64,000 nt of DNA from contig JAUCBJ010004144.1 in assembly GCA_032718475.1 (NCBI GenBank), forward strand, positions 1 to 64,000, in the 5' to 3' direction. The notes below the pieces were generated by a model. That model was given only the letters and a program-made list of their open reading frames with translations, had not been told where the DNA came from and did no database searches. Both the position numbers and the translations under genes were made by a program. How positions within the stretch are numbered: position 1 is the first letter of the stretch; each line of letters starts with the position of its first letter. This DNA is from Nemertoderma westbladi. Its lineage: Eukaryota; Animalia; Xenacoelomorpha. Of the stretch, positions 11,623-21,849 are shown one piece after another.

Positions 11623-14600
11623 ATGAGTGACAAACAAGACTATACAAAGAATACACAAACCGACTATGACTCGTGTGACGGAGATAAGTCAGCAGCGGAA
11701 GAACAACAGGGGAAGACTCGCGAGCCTACCGAACCTACACCGTGCGCGTCACCAGTACATCCAACGGGAGTACCGGATGCCGTAGTACGAGGCGACGGCA
11801 GGACCGAGGACTTTCTAACTGTTCCGCAACCTAGATACAGGGAAACGGAATTGGTAAGTTCAGCAGGAAGCACAGAAAGTGTGGTTAGAAGCGTCGGTGG
11901 ATACATGGCGCATATAACCAGGAGTATTGGAGAAGGCCAACGCATATTAGACGGGTTGACCGCTCCGATGTCTCGATTCGAGTTCTACACCCTCCAGGTT
12001 AGAGTACAGAGTAAAGTATATAAGTCCGTAGATAATCTAGTTGGCCTACAAGATCTAGCTAGACAGAGACAGGACATGGATACTCAACTTAGAATCCTCG
12101 AGAAACTAATGATCACTAGAGAGAAACTGATTCAGTTTAAGTCGACGATTAGACAGATACAACAGGAACAAGCGGACCAGTTGTTAGGTGAGTCAGTTTC
12201 GGACGAATTATTACAACCCGAGGAAGAACAGGAATTGTACCGACTGGATGGACAATTGAAACATCTGACGGACCACTTACGCATGTGCGGCGAAGACGTC
12301 GGCGATTTGGAAACCGTGCCGGAATACACGAGGGAAACTTCATTCGCACAAATCGAATCGGCACCGGGAATACTAAATCAATCATTGGTAAGTATTCGTA
12401 GCGAAATCTGCGAAGGAAGTATAGTCACGTCAGAAGTTGCTCGACAACAGCAGCAGTTCTACAGACAGCAACACGAGATAGAAGAACAAGCTCAACTTCT
12501 AATGATACAAACAGCAGTAGAGGAAGAGAAAATACGTGTTGCAAATGTAGCGAGAATCTCTCATCTGCAGGAACAAGCCGAACTCGAAGCGGCCGAAATG
12601 GAAAGGTTAGAGTTGGACATTGCCCAACAAGCGGCAACGGCCGAGTTAGCGCAACGAACGGCAACAGCCGAGTTAGAGCGACAAACGGCAGCTGCAGCGG
12701 CCGAGTTAGAGCGACAAACGGCTGCGGCAGAGTTAGAGCGACAAAGAGTAGTTTCGGAAGCCAGAGTCGAGATGAAGACACGGCAAATAAAAGCCCAACA
12801 AGCGATACGACAAGCAGAGTTCGAGGCGCAACAACAACAAACGGAACAACGAGAAAAGGAAGTTAAACTTCGTTTCGAACTTGAGAAGAGGGCGAGAGAA
12901 TTAGCCGAAACTAAGGAAAATCTGGATCTTCTAGCCCGCGATCGATCGATGAGATCTCGCGACGGACATGATTTGGACCAGTTAGAGGTAAGACATCGCC
13001 AAATTCAGGAACGGAAGAAGGAAGGAAGCGTAGGAGCACCCGGACGGGAACGACAATTAGTAAAAGACGTGTGTCAACGATTCCCACAGGTAACTCATAT
13101 GTTTGCACCGGTTACGACTAAGGAACCTGTTTCGATTGCGGGTAGTAGTGATATTTCTCCTATCCATGGTGCGACGGAACACAGGTTTGTTATTCCGAAC
13201 GAGTTTATACCGCCAAGAGCAACGTCGTCGCCTATTCCGAGAGTCAAGTTAAGTAACCCACCGATTACAGATCGTAGTAGTTTATTGACCGGACCTGCGC
13301 TACTGACGACAAAACAGGTGAGTCCACCTTTGACGCCTAAACCCGTTACACATTACGCTTACCCAATGACGTTTCGACCAACAAGGCCAGCGGTTTCAAA
13401 TGCTGTCATTCGCCCACCGAACCAGTTTACATCGCAATCTACGACTTCGAGGAAGACTTGTGAGCCTACCGAACAACGGAGAACAGTGGAGACGCGACCA
13501 TTCAACCAGTTTACATCGCAATCTACGACTTCGAGGAAGACTTGTGAGCCTACCGAACAACGGAGACCAGTGGAGACGCGACCATTCAACCAGTTTACAT
13601 CGCAATCTACGACTTCGAGGAAGACTTGTGAGCCTACCGAACAACGAAGAACAGTGGACGATGTTCCGAAACGAGCCGTTAGAATTCGAACGACGCAACG
13701 GACGCGAGCACGTCGACCACCATATCCAGATGATAGTAGTACTTCGAGCGAATCGGATTACCCGAAACGCGAGGTATTTAGAACAGGGGCGGCCGATGAA
13801 TATAAACGCGAGCGTTCAGACAACTCCTTTGCAGACAATCCTCCACAGAATACACCAACACAGAAGGCGTTACAACCAACGGACGCAATTAGTACACAAC
13901 AGTTCGCCGACATTCTGCGACCAGTTGTCAACAAGTTGGCTCAGATCGAGGAGCGTCTGGAGGAAGTTCAAACCGATAGTTCGAGGAACACCGAATTCGA
14001 ATACAATAGACACCCGAAGGCACCACAAAGACCGGTACCTTCAAACCCCACATCGTATCAGGGAAAAGCGCCTAGAAGGGAGAACATCAACCAGGTTACC
14101 AACCAAGGACGCGAAACTCTGAACGTTGCCGAGGAGATAGCGAAATTCGCAGCCAGACAGGGATTGCCGGTACAACAACCACCGAAGTTCTCCGGTAGCT
14201 CAAAACACTGGCATACCTTCGTAGACTATATCGAATCCCAGATCGCCGTGTGCGCCTTTACGTCACGAGAGAAGTTCAATTACTTGCTCCAAACGTTGTC
14301 AGGAGAACCTAAACGTTTGGCGGAGACTTTCGTCGGTGTACCAGACGCTTTCGAACTAGCGTACGATCGTTTGACTTCGATATACGGAGGTACAGTAAGT
14401 ATGGCCAGGTCAGTAATAGAAGAACTCTGTAAGGGAGGGGCTATCACTAAACCCGTCGACTTACTAAAACTGGCTGACGAGATTAAGAACGCTATCACTA
14501 CCTTAAGATCAATTGGACAACTTGATTACGGAAATACCCCCACAGTTTTATTAAAGATAATAGGACGACTCCACCATCGACTTCGTCGGGAGTGGAGGAA

Positions 14601-17600
14601 GGTCGAATATCAGCGAGAGGAGCGAGGAGGATTCCTGAAATTAGAAGATGTGTACCTTTTAATATCCAGGGAGGCGGTAGTAGAAACTCGATCTAACTAT
14701 ACCGACCAGCACATCGTGGCAGAAGGGATCACACTGCCATCCTCCAACCGACAAAAACCCCAGACAACATCCACAAAGACGGCCACTTACGCCACACCGA
14801 CGGAATCACGACAATTCTCAGACGGTAATAGAGTATCTGCGCCCATTGGAACAAAACAGACGAGACAGCAACTCAGCGCCGACTTCAACGGCTGCCAATA
14901 CTGCGAACATTTAGGTAAGCGGTATATTGGTCACAAGTTACGGGGTTGTCGACAATTTCGCGAGTTGAACTCAGAAGAACGACGGCTGCAGATACGGCCA
15001 CTGGACTCTTGTTGGCGGTGTACGCAACACGGACACGTCCGTAAGGATTGCCCAAATACCGACACTTGTCCATCCTGTGGACGCAACCACGACGGTCTGC
15101 TCCACACAGACAGCCACACGCCGACGAAACGCTTCGCCAGGGAACACCCGGAAGCAGCAGCGAGATGTGATGCGGCTTACCGAAAACGGGAATCGAAAAC
15201 GACTCCGACTTTCGTGACCCATATAGAGGATTGCTTTTCAGAACAATCCGGATCGTCGGACGAAGAATCAGACGACGACGAATATTCTAATGGAGACGAA
15301 CAACCGTCAATCGCGCTCCTGACCACCGACCAACTGAAGGGATTCAGTGTAATCCCGATTAAAGTTACTGGCACAAAAGGAAGTAAGAGGATTTACGCGA
15401 TTCTAGACTCAGCCTCATCTCACAGTTACGTAGATGAAAAGATAGCTGACGTCGTAACAGATCTTAGACAAGGTAAGCACGTAAGTTATACAGTAAGTAG
15501 TATGCACGGCCAGCGTGCAATACCAGTGACACGAGTTAAGTTGGACTTAGACTCTCTTCTTCCAAAATCGCAACACAGCGAGAGGGAGAGGTCTTTGTTG
15601 CCCTTTAGAGATCTAACCTTTGCGGCCACGAAGGACTTTAGTAACCTACTAGGTCCAGTGCCGGAACAATCTCTGGAGGACCGTAAGTATTTCAGACACC
15701 TTGGTGTACCCGAATGTCCCGTCAATTATAGATCGGTAGCAATGCTGATCGGGACGGACCAATTCAACCTACATCAGGTGTGGGAAACCAGACCATCGGC
15801 AGTTGTAGCAGGAAACGCATACGCCTGCAGAACGCCGATAGGGTGGTATACTCGAGCGCCTGTGCGCACACTGGACGTAAGTGACGAGGAAGACGACGTA
15901 CAGAGTACATGTAGTTTATTGACTACAAACTCAATTCATTCCTTTTCACACGACGTGAACCATACTACACTACAGTCGACAAAACATCACAGACGTGTAA
16001 CTAGTATGATAAGTCACAAGGAGCAGCTAACCCACAAGGTGAGTTTAGAACTTGGGGAGAAGACGAATCAGCTAGAGATTCCATCGACGACAGATGATAG
16101 GCTTGCGAGTCTACCTACCCCAATAACTTCAACAGTGCCCATCGATATCGACGATGACGCGTTGAAAATTCATCAGTTGGAACAAGCCGCCTTGGACAAA
16201 GAATTAACGGAGAAGACTATCAGGTGGTTAGAACAAGATACAGCTGAACCTGGTAGCTACGACCCTTGTATGTCGGAACAGGAGAAACAATCTCTAAAGA
16301 TCATGGAGGATACTATCCGACAGACGGAGGACGGACATTACGAGGTGGGGATGTTATGGCGTAGCCAAAGTCCTAAACTTATAAATAACTACCCACTGGC
16401 TTTAAGACGTCTACACTCAATCCGACAACGTCTATTAAAGGACGAGAAAGCCCATCTGCAGTATAACACTCAGATGGAGACGTATTTGACGAAGGGATAC
16501 GCTATCCGAATGACTAACCCGGAGCGAGTGACAGACCAGACGTACTACTTGCCACATCACTATGTGAGACATCCCGACAAACCAGATAAAGTACGCGTAG
16601 TCAATGACTGTGCGGCTCTGTTTGAGGGAATGTCCCTCAATAGTGAATTGATGGATGGACCGAACATGAATAATTATCTTATGGGGGTGATTATGCGCTT
16701 CCATCAGCGTCAAGTAGCCTTTACTTGCGACGTAGAAGCGATGTTTCACCAAGTGAAAGCGTTAGAGCGAGACAGAGACAGTTTGCGGTTTCTCTGGTAT
16801 CCGGAAGGGGACTTAAGTCTACCACCAGCGACTTACCAAATGCAAGTTCGCGTTTTCGGTGCCAGAGACAGCCCGAATTGTACGATGTACGCCTTGAAGC
16901 AAGCCGCTAGAGATCAGAAACATCTGTATGACCCAGAGATAGTTAGAATTGTAGAACGTGACTTTTACGTTGATGACGGTTTACAAAGTTGCGACACAGT
17001 AGAACGTGCTACAACAGTAGCACATCAATTACGGGACTGCTTGGCGGGCGGAGGTTTTAACCTCACCAAATTCGCCTCAAACAGTGCCGAATTAGTTGAC
17101 TCATTCGGAACTACTGAGCGTGGAGGTGGTGATATAGACCTAGAGTTCGAACCACTACCGACGACTAAGGTGTTGGGGCTCTTTTGGGACCCAAACACAG
17201 ACAACTTTCGAGTGAAGGTGAGACTGGACAGTCAAGGAGACACACTGACGAAGAGATCATGCTTGTCAAAGTTGAGCCGATTGTTCGATCCGTTAGGATT
17301 CATCAGTCCAGTAATACTGCAAGCTCGCATTTATATGCGCAGTATATGGAAGGATGGACTAACGTGGGACGAGCCGATCTCATCAGATCAAGTGGACTTA
17401 TGGAAGACCTGGGAGGCGGAATTGTCTTCGTTAGAGGACTATTCCATACCCAGGGTTTACTTTCCATTACAGAGTACATTTCCTGACAACTTGGAACTAC
17501 ACTGTTTTTCTGACGCCAGTGACAACGGTTTTGGTGTGGCAGCGTATTTGCGCAGACAAGTAGAATCGGACGAGTTCGATGTTTCGCTCATTACTTCTAA

Positions 17601-20358
17601 GGCTAAGACCATGCCTACTAAGTATATGACGACACCACGAGCCGAGCTACAAGCCGCGACCCTGTCAACCACCATCGTGAACCTCATACAGACAGAACTA
17701 CAGTCGAGTTTACAGATATTTTATTGGACTGACGCGACGTTGGTTTTATTTTACATAAACAACGACACACTCGAATTCAAGACATTCGTAGCTAACCGTC
17801 GCGCAGAGATTCTAGACCGTTCGATAAAAGAGGATTGGCGACATTGTCCCGGACCACAAAACCCAGCTGATATTGCGTCGCGAGGAATGATGCCTGAGGA
17901 ATTCTGTAAACCGGAGAACAAAGAGTTTTGGCAACACGGACCCCAGTTCTTGCAGAAATCGACACAAGATTGGCCTCCGTTATACGACAACAAGTCCAAC
18001 ACCATTCCCAAGGACGCCGAAATCAAGAAACCAAAAAAGGGGAAGACAAAGAAAAAGACGACGGCGGCGAAACTCAAGAAAAAACCGAAGGCGAAATGGA
18101 AAGATATAACTTCAAAGGTCAAGAGAGGAAGACTTGCGAGCCTTTCTACACCAGACATATCGCCAGACGGTCAACCAGACATATCGCCAGACGGTCAACC
18201 AGACACGTTACTAGACAGTCAACCAGACATTTTGCCAGACATATCACAAAATGTTCCACCAGACGTTAGTAACGCACTGACAAACAGTAAAGCCGCAGTT
18301 TCCCTATTGGAGCGGCCTTCTATTGACAAACAACCAGATACGTTACCAGACGTATCGCCAGACACACTACTAGACAGTCGACTAGACACTAGTAATGTAT
18401 TGACTAACAATAAAGCCGCAGTTTCTCTATTGGAGCGGCCTTGTATTGACAAACTACCAATTTTGACACACTTGAGCAACCATAAGCATGGTGAAACCTC
18501 ATGTATTACAGATGTGGGTAGTACCTACGCTAATGTAAATACAGGTGTTACTTTGCGCTCAAGAGACATACCGAACTTGCAACCTACGTTGAGACCTGGG
18601 ATTAATGTCGGCAGAAAATTAAGTTTACCAAAACCTGCTGACCCCATAGAGTTCAAACCACCATTAGCGATCGACTTACAAAGTACCGACAATCAAGGTA
18701 AGAAGTCAAAGAAGGACAAATTACTTGTAGACCCGGACGGATCAACAGTCAACAAGGGAATACTTACCGGCGGACCCGTAGGCCCTTCTAGTAATTCAAA
18801 ACCTTCCAAGTTCTCCATTGACTTACCTGATGACGTCACAAATACTTACGTCGACCGTATTGTAAACTTAACAGATTCTTGGACAAGCGCTTGCCGAAAA
18901 TTAGCGTGGATTGTACGTTTTGTACAATACGTTAAAGGCAAACGCGACTTTACGCGTCGACTTACATTGACTGAGATTGACAGGTGTGAAATCATATTAA
19001 TTCGCCATTATCAACTGCGATATTTCGCGCGCGAATTCACATCTATAAGTCAAGGTCAACCAATCAAGTCGTCACCAATACTGAGTTGGAGTCCGATAAT
19101 TTATAATGGCTTAATTTGTCATAAATCTCGGCTTCAAAACATTGACTTTAACACGAACTTTAGGTACCCAATAATAATACCGCAACACCACGAACTACAA
19201 CGTGCAATGATACTGGACGCACATTTACATCTGAAACACGCTGGAAGACACCACTGTCTTTCCTACTTACGTACTAGATTTGTATTAATTAGACCCAGTA
19301 AAGCATTAAGTTCCGTGACACGTACGTGTATTATTTGTAAAAAGGTACATTCTAGAATAGGTACCCAAGAAATGAGTGAACTACCACAAGCACGACTTCA
19401 AGCATTCAGACCACCTTTTACAGAGACTGGAATTGATTGCTTTGGTCCCATACATACGAAACGTGGACGTATACTAGTAAAACGCTGGGGACTGATTTTC
19501 ACATGTATGTCCAGTAGGGCAGTTCACATTGAACGTGTGATGGATCTTTCCACCAACGCGTTTATACTAGCACTACGGCGATTTATCGCTAGACGCGGAC
19601 TAGTAAAATGCTTGTACTCAGACCAAGGGACAAACTTTGTTGGTGCTCGGAATGAGATTGCTAGAGCCTTTAAGAGATTAGATCATGATCAAATCTCGAA
19701 CGAACTGCAACCTCACAAGATTGTTTGGAAGTTTAATCCTCCAGATAGTCCTTGGAGAGGCGGAGTCTGGGAGAGATTGATTAGATCTATCAAAACGGCC
19801 ATGGCAAAGGTCATTCCAGTAAACCACATATTAACAGACGACCAACTGACAACATTGTTTGTTGAAATCGAGGCAATACTAAATACTAGACCAATAGTAT
19901 TAGTACCCGATGACAAACAATCTCAGTTCGCTTTAACACCAGCACACCTGCTTATGCAGGCACCGACCACATTGACGCCGATTTCCATTCCAATGGAAAG
20001 CGATAGTTACGGGAGAAAAGCGTGGAAAATCACGCAACTACTGGCTAACAAATTCTGGGAAATATGGCAAAACCATTATTTGCCCTCTATTTCTGCCAGA
20101 ACAACATGGTACAATAACACCCGTGCATTAAAGCCGGGAGATCACGTGCTGTTGGCAGAAGTGAATCTAAAAAGACGCTTCTGGATAACAGGTGTCATTT
20201 TAGCCACACATCCATCTATGGATGGAGTGACAAGAACTGTGACGGTACGAACAATTGACGGTCGTACAGTAGACAGACCGACTCAACGTCTCGTACTTCT
20301 TGAAGAGACTCGTAACGAGTCTGGAGACTACAAATCTCCACCTAATACTAGTAAATAA
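11623..20358 (+). CDS. BEL/Pao Gag-Pol polyprotein, 2911 aa, uninterrupted
   Basis: Coiled-coil N-terminus; DUF1759-like Gag (PPKFSGSSKHW); Cys/His knuckles (CWRCTQHGHVRKDC); protease ILDSAS; RT YLPHH...FYVDD; Pao RNase H LHCFSDAS...PRAEL; integrase HHCC, GIDCFGP, SDQGTNF, GGVWERL; DUF5641-like tail. Confidence 0.97.
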   Translation: MSDKQDYTKNTQTDYDSCDGDKSAAEEQQGKTREPTEPTPCASPVHPTGVPDAVVRGDGRTEDFLTVPQPRYRETELVSSAGSTESVVRSVGGYMAHITRSIGEGQRILDGLTAPMSRFEFYTLQVRVQSKVYKSVDNLVGLQDLARQRQDMDTQLRILEKLMITREKLIQFKSTIRQIQQEQADQLLGESVSDELLQPEEEQELYRLDGQLKHLTDHLRMCGEDVGDLETVPEYTRETSFAQIESAPGILNQSLVSIRSEICEGSIVTSEVARQQQQFYRQQHEIEEQAQLLMIQTAVEEEKIRVANVARISHLQEQAELEAAEMERLELDIAQQAATAELAQRTATAELERQTAAAAAELERQTAAAELERQRVVSEARVEMKTRQIKAQQAIRQAEFEAQQQQTEQREKEVKLRFELEKRARELAETKENLDLLARDRSMRSRDGHDLDQLEVRHRQIQERKKEGSVGAPGRERQLVKDVCQRFPQVTHMFAPVTTKEPVSIAGSSDISPIHGATEHRFVIPNEFIPPRATSSPIPRVKLSNPPITDRSSLLTGPALLTTKQVSPPLTPKPVTHYAYPMTFRPTRPAVSNAVIRPPNQFTSQSTTSRKTCEPTEQRRTVETRPFNQFTSQSTTSRKTCEPTEQRRPVETRPFNQFTSQSTTSRKTCEPTEQRRTVDDVPKRAVRIRTTQRTRARRPPYPDDSSTSSESDYPKREVFRTGAADEYKRERSDNSFADNPPQNTPTQKALQPTDAISTQQFADILRPVVNKLAQIEERLEEVQTDSSRNTEFEYNRHPKAPQRPVPSNPTSYQGKAPRRENINQVTNQGRETLNVAEEIAKFAARQGLPVQQPPKFSGSSKHWHTFVDYIESQIAVCAFTSREKFNYLLQTLSGEPKRLAETFVGVPDAFELAYDRLTSIYGGTVSMARSVIEELCKGGAITKPVDLLKLADEIKNAITTLRSIGQLDYGNTPTVLLKIIGRLHHRLRREWRKVEYQREERGGFLKLEDVYLLISREAVVETRSNYTDQHIVAEGITLPSSNRQKPQTTSTKTATYATPTESRQFSDGNRVSAPIGTKQTRQQLSADFNGCQYCEHLGKRYIGHKLRGCRQFRELNSEERRLQIRPLDSCWRCTQHGHVRKDCPNTDTCPSCGRNHDGLLHTDSHTPTKRFAREHPEAAARCDAAYRKRESKTTPTFVTHIEDCFSEQSGSSDEESDDDEYSNGDEQPSIALLTTDQLKGFSVIPIKVTGTKGSKRIYAILDSASSHSYVDEKIADVVTDLRQGKHVSYTVSSMHGQRAIPVTRVKLDLDSLLPKSQHSERERSLLPFRDLTFAATKDFSNLLGPVPEQSLEDRKYFRHLGVPECPVNYRSVAMLIGTDQFNLHQVWETRPSAVVAGNAYACRTPIGWYTRAPVRTLDVSDEEDDVQSTCSLLTTNSIHSFSHDVNHTTLQSTKHHRRVTSMISHKEQLTHKVSLELGEKTNQLEIPSTTDDRLASLPTPITSTVPIDIDDDALKIHQLEQAALDKELTEKTIRWLEQDTAEPGSYDPCMSEQEKQSLKIMEDTIRQTEDGHYEVGMLWRSQSPKLINNYPLALRRLHSIRQRLLKDEKAHLQYNTQMETYLTKGYAIRMTNPERVTDQTYYLPHHYVRHPDKPDKVRVVNDCAALFEGMSLNSELMDGPNMNNYLMGVIMRFHQRQVAFTCDVEAMFHQVKALERDRDSLRFLWYPEGDLSLPPATYQMQVRVFGARDSPNCTMYALKQAARDQKHLYDPEIVRIVERDFYVDDGLQSCDTVERATTVAHQLRDCLAGGGFNLTKFASNSAELVDSFGTTERGGGDIDLEFEPLPTTKVLGLFWDPNTDNFRVKVRLDSQGDTLTKRSCLSKLSRLFDPLGFISPVILQARIYMRSIWKDGLTWDEPISSDQVDLWKTWEAELSSLEDYSIPRVYFPLQSTFPDNLELHCFSDASDNGFGVAAYLRRQVESDEFDVSLITSKAKTMPTKYMTTPRAELQAATLSTTIVNLIQTELQSSLQIFYWTDATLVLFYINNDTLEFKTFVANRRAEILDRSIKEDWRHCPGPQNPADIASRGMMPEEFCKPENKEFWQHGPQFLQKSTQDWPPLYDNKSNTIPKDAEIKKPKKGKTKKKTTAAKLKKKPKAKWKDITSKVKRGRLASLSTPDISPDGQPDISPDGQPDTLLDSQPDILPDISQNVPPDVSNALTNSKAAVSLLERPSIDKQPDTLPDVSPDTLLDSRLDTSNVLTNNKAAVSLLERPCIDKLPILTHLSNHKHGETSCITDVGSTYANVNTGVTLRSRDIPNLQPTLRPGINVGRKLSLPKPADPIEFKPPLAIDLQSTDNQGKKSKKDKLLVDPDGSTVNKGILTGGPVGPSSNSKPSKFSIDLPDDVTNTYVDRIVNLTDSWTSACRKLAWIVRFVQYVKGKRDFTRRLTLTEIDRCEIILIRHYQLRYFAREFTSISQGQPIKSSPILSWSPIIYNGLICHKSRLQNIDFNTNFRYPIIIPQHHELQRAMILDAHLHLKHAGRHHCLSYLRTRFVLIRPSKALSSVTRTCIICKKVHSRIGTQEMSELPQARLQAFRPPFTETGIDCFGPIHTKRGRILVKRWGLIFTCMSSRAVHIERVMDLSTNAFILALRRFIARRGLVKCLYSDQGTNFVGARNEIARAFKRLDHDQISNELQPHKIVWKFNPPDSPWRGGVWERLIRSIKTAMAKVIPVNHILTDDQLTTLFVEIEAILNTRPIVLVPDDKQSQFALTPAHLLMQAPTTLTPISIPMESDSYGRKAWKITQLLANKFWEIWQNHYLPSISARTTWYNNTRALKPGDHVLLAEVNLKRRFWITGVILATHPSMDGVTRTVTVRTIDGRTVDRPTQRLVLLEETRNESGDYKSPPNTSK
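13420..13660 (+). repeat. 84-bp in-frame tandem repeat (~2.8 copies) in BEL-A gag
   Basis: NQFTSQSTTSRKTCEPTEQRR repeated three times. Confidence 0.9.
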
Positions 20359-20483
20359 TTAGGAGTTTACAAATAGATTTCCACGTACCTGTACACCGTA
20401 GTAAGGACAGCGGTAGAATTCCATTGTCTTTATATGTGAACATTGAGGGTAGTACCCTTATGTGTCACATAGGAGCGGGATTT

Positions 20484-20682
20484 GTAGGTATAAGAAATGG
20501 AATTCTACTTGGAACTCACAATATTGAGACATTTTCGAAATTTTAGACAATCCATTTGGATTTGAAAAATTTTAAAATTTTACGGTAGGTATAAGAAATG
20601 GAATTCTACTTGGAACTCACAATATTGAGACATTTTCGAAATTTTAGACAATCCATTTGGATTTGAAAAATTTTAAAATTTT
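20484..20682. repeat. 101-bp-period tandem duplication downstream of pol
   Basis: GTAGGTATAAGAAATGG...TTTTAAAATTTT at 20484 and 20585. Confidence 0.9.
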
Positions 20683-21118
20683 CTCCAGTGAATAGATTTC
20701 AGGGTACAGTCGGGTGGAACTTAAAATTAGAGAAACAAGAGAGGAAGACTTGCGAGCCTTTCTTAAAATTTTAATTAAATTTTACACGGTCTTGTTTCAA
20801 TAAGTTACGTCAAAATAGACTCCCCTATATTTATTACTAATTCTTGATTGCTTATTTTCTGATAATAGTTTGGGATCAAAAAGTGAGTATTTTAGACTCA
20901 CAGCCAGTTTAGCCCAAATTCGTTTTTATTTCGGCAAAAAATTTTAGATAAGAAGCAGCGTGTCATTAAAGAAACCTTAGATCTTAGGCTATGGGTAGGA
21001 GGTTAGAGCGTTGTCGAAGCCCAAAAGGCAGACGAAACTCTCACGTCTCCTCACAACTAACCACAAACTCTGTTGTATTCCCTCTAGTAGTAATGATTAT
21101 GTAACTACACCTCTAATT

Positions 21119-21373
21119 ATGGAGAAAGGGATACAAGGAGAGCCGAGATGGGGATATGATATCCAAGAGGAGGCAGCAGCGCCATTCGAAAGATTTGGAG
21201 CCAAGGGCTACACTATATTTGGTATAAAGGAATTATCAATGCGGGATCTCTTATCGAAAGACCATCTATGTTTACATTGTTACCCTATGAAGGAGAACGT
21301 ATTGTGGAAATTACGGATGAATCACGGCAGACGCGCGCGCCTATCGGTCACCCCGGTGATGATTTCAACGTAA
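21119..21373 (+). CDS. BEL-A accessory gene, segment A (unknown function)
   Basis: ATG at 21119. MEKGIQGEPRWGYDIQEEAAAPFERFGAK aligns with BEL-C MEKDIRAQPRRGFTAREEAELPFARPGCK. Confidence 0.6.
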   Translation: MEKGIQGEPRWGYDIQEEAAAPFERFGAKGYTIFGIKELSMRDLLSKDHLCLHCYPMKENVLWKLRMNHGRRARLSVTPVMIST

Positions 21374-21849
21374 CTACTACGATCGCCGACGATCCTTTAG
21401 AGGAACTTCTTGAGATAGAAAGGAACCTCCCGAAGAAATCTCAGACGGAGATTCGACAACTTGAAGCAACAGATGCTATAGTTTGCATACAACCTTCAGA
21501 AACCTACCAACCCATAGACCCAGATGATTACGATTATAGTATGGGAGGAAGCGCTCGACCGATTGGAGATCTTATATACGAACGAGTGTGGTACCCTGCT
21601 AATACGATGTGTAGTAAATGTGGCGTCGCTGGACATCATATGGCAAAGTGCAGTGGAAAGCACATTACTACGACTCAGCTAATCTGTGGATGGTGTGGGG
21701 ATCAAGGGTCTCATACCTTTTATACTTGCTGGAGATTTATGGCTCAATGTACTTACTGCAATATAAAGGGACATCGAGCATCTGAATGCCAACTAAGAGA
21801 CATACCCTATGAACACGAATCTGTTAAAACTCGTGAGGAAGTTATTTGA
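21268..21849 (+). CDS. BEL-A accessory gene, segment B with three CCHC zinc knuckles
   Basis: CSKCGVAGHHMAKC, CGWCGDQGSHTFYTC, CTYCNIKGHRASEC. Confidence 0.75.
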   Translation: MFTLLPYEGERIVEITDESRQTRAPIGHPGDDFNVTTTIADDPLEELLEIERNLPKKSQTEIRQLEATDAIVCIQPSETYQPIDPDDYDYSMGGSARPIGDLIYERVWYPANTMCSKCGVAGHHMAKCSGKHITTTQLICGWCGDQGSHTFYTCWRFMAQCTYCNIKGHRASECQLRDIPYEHESVKTREEVI

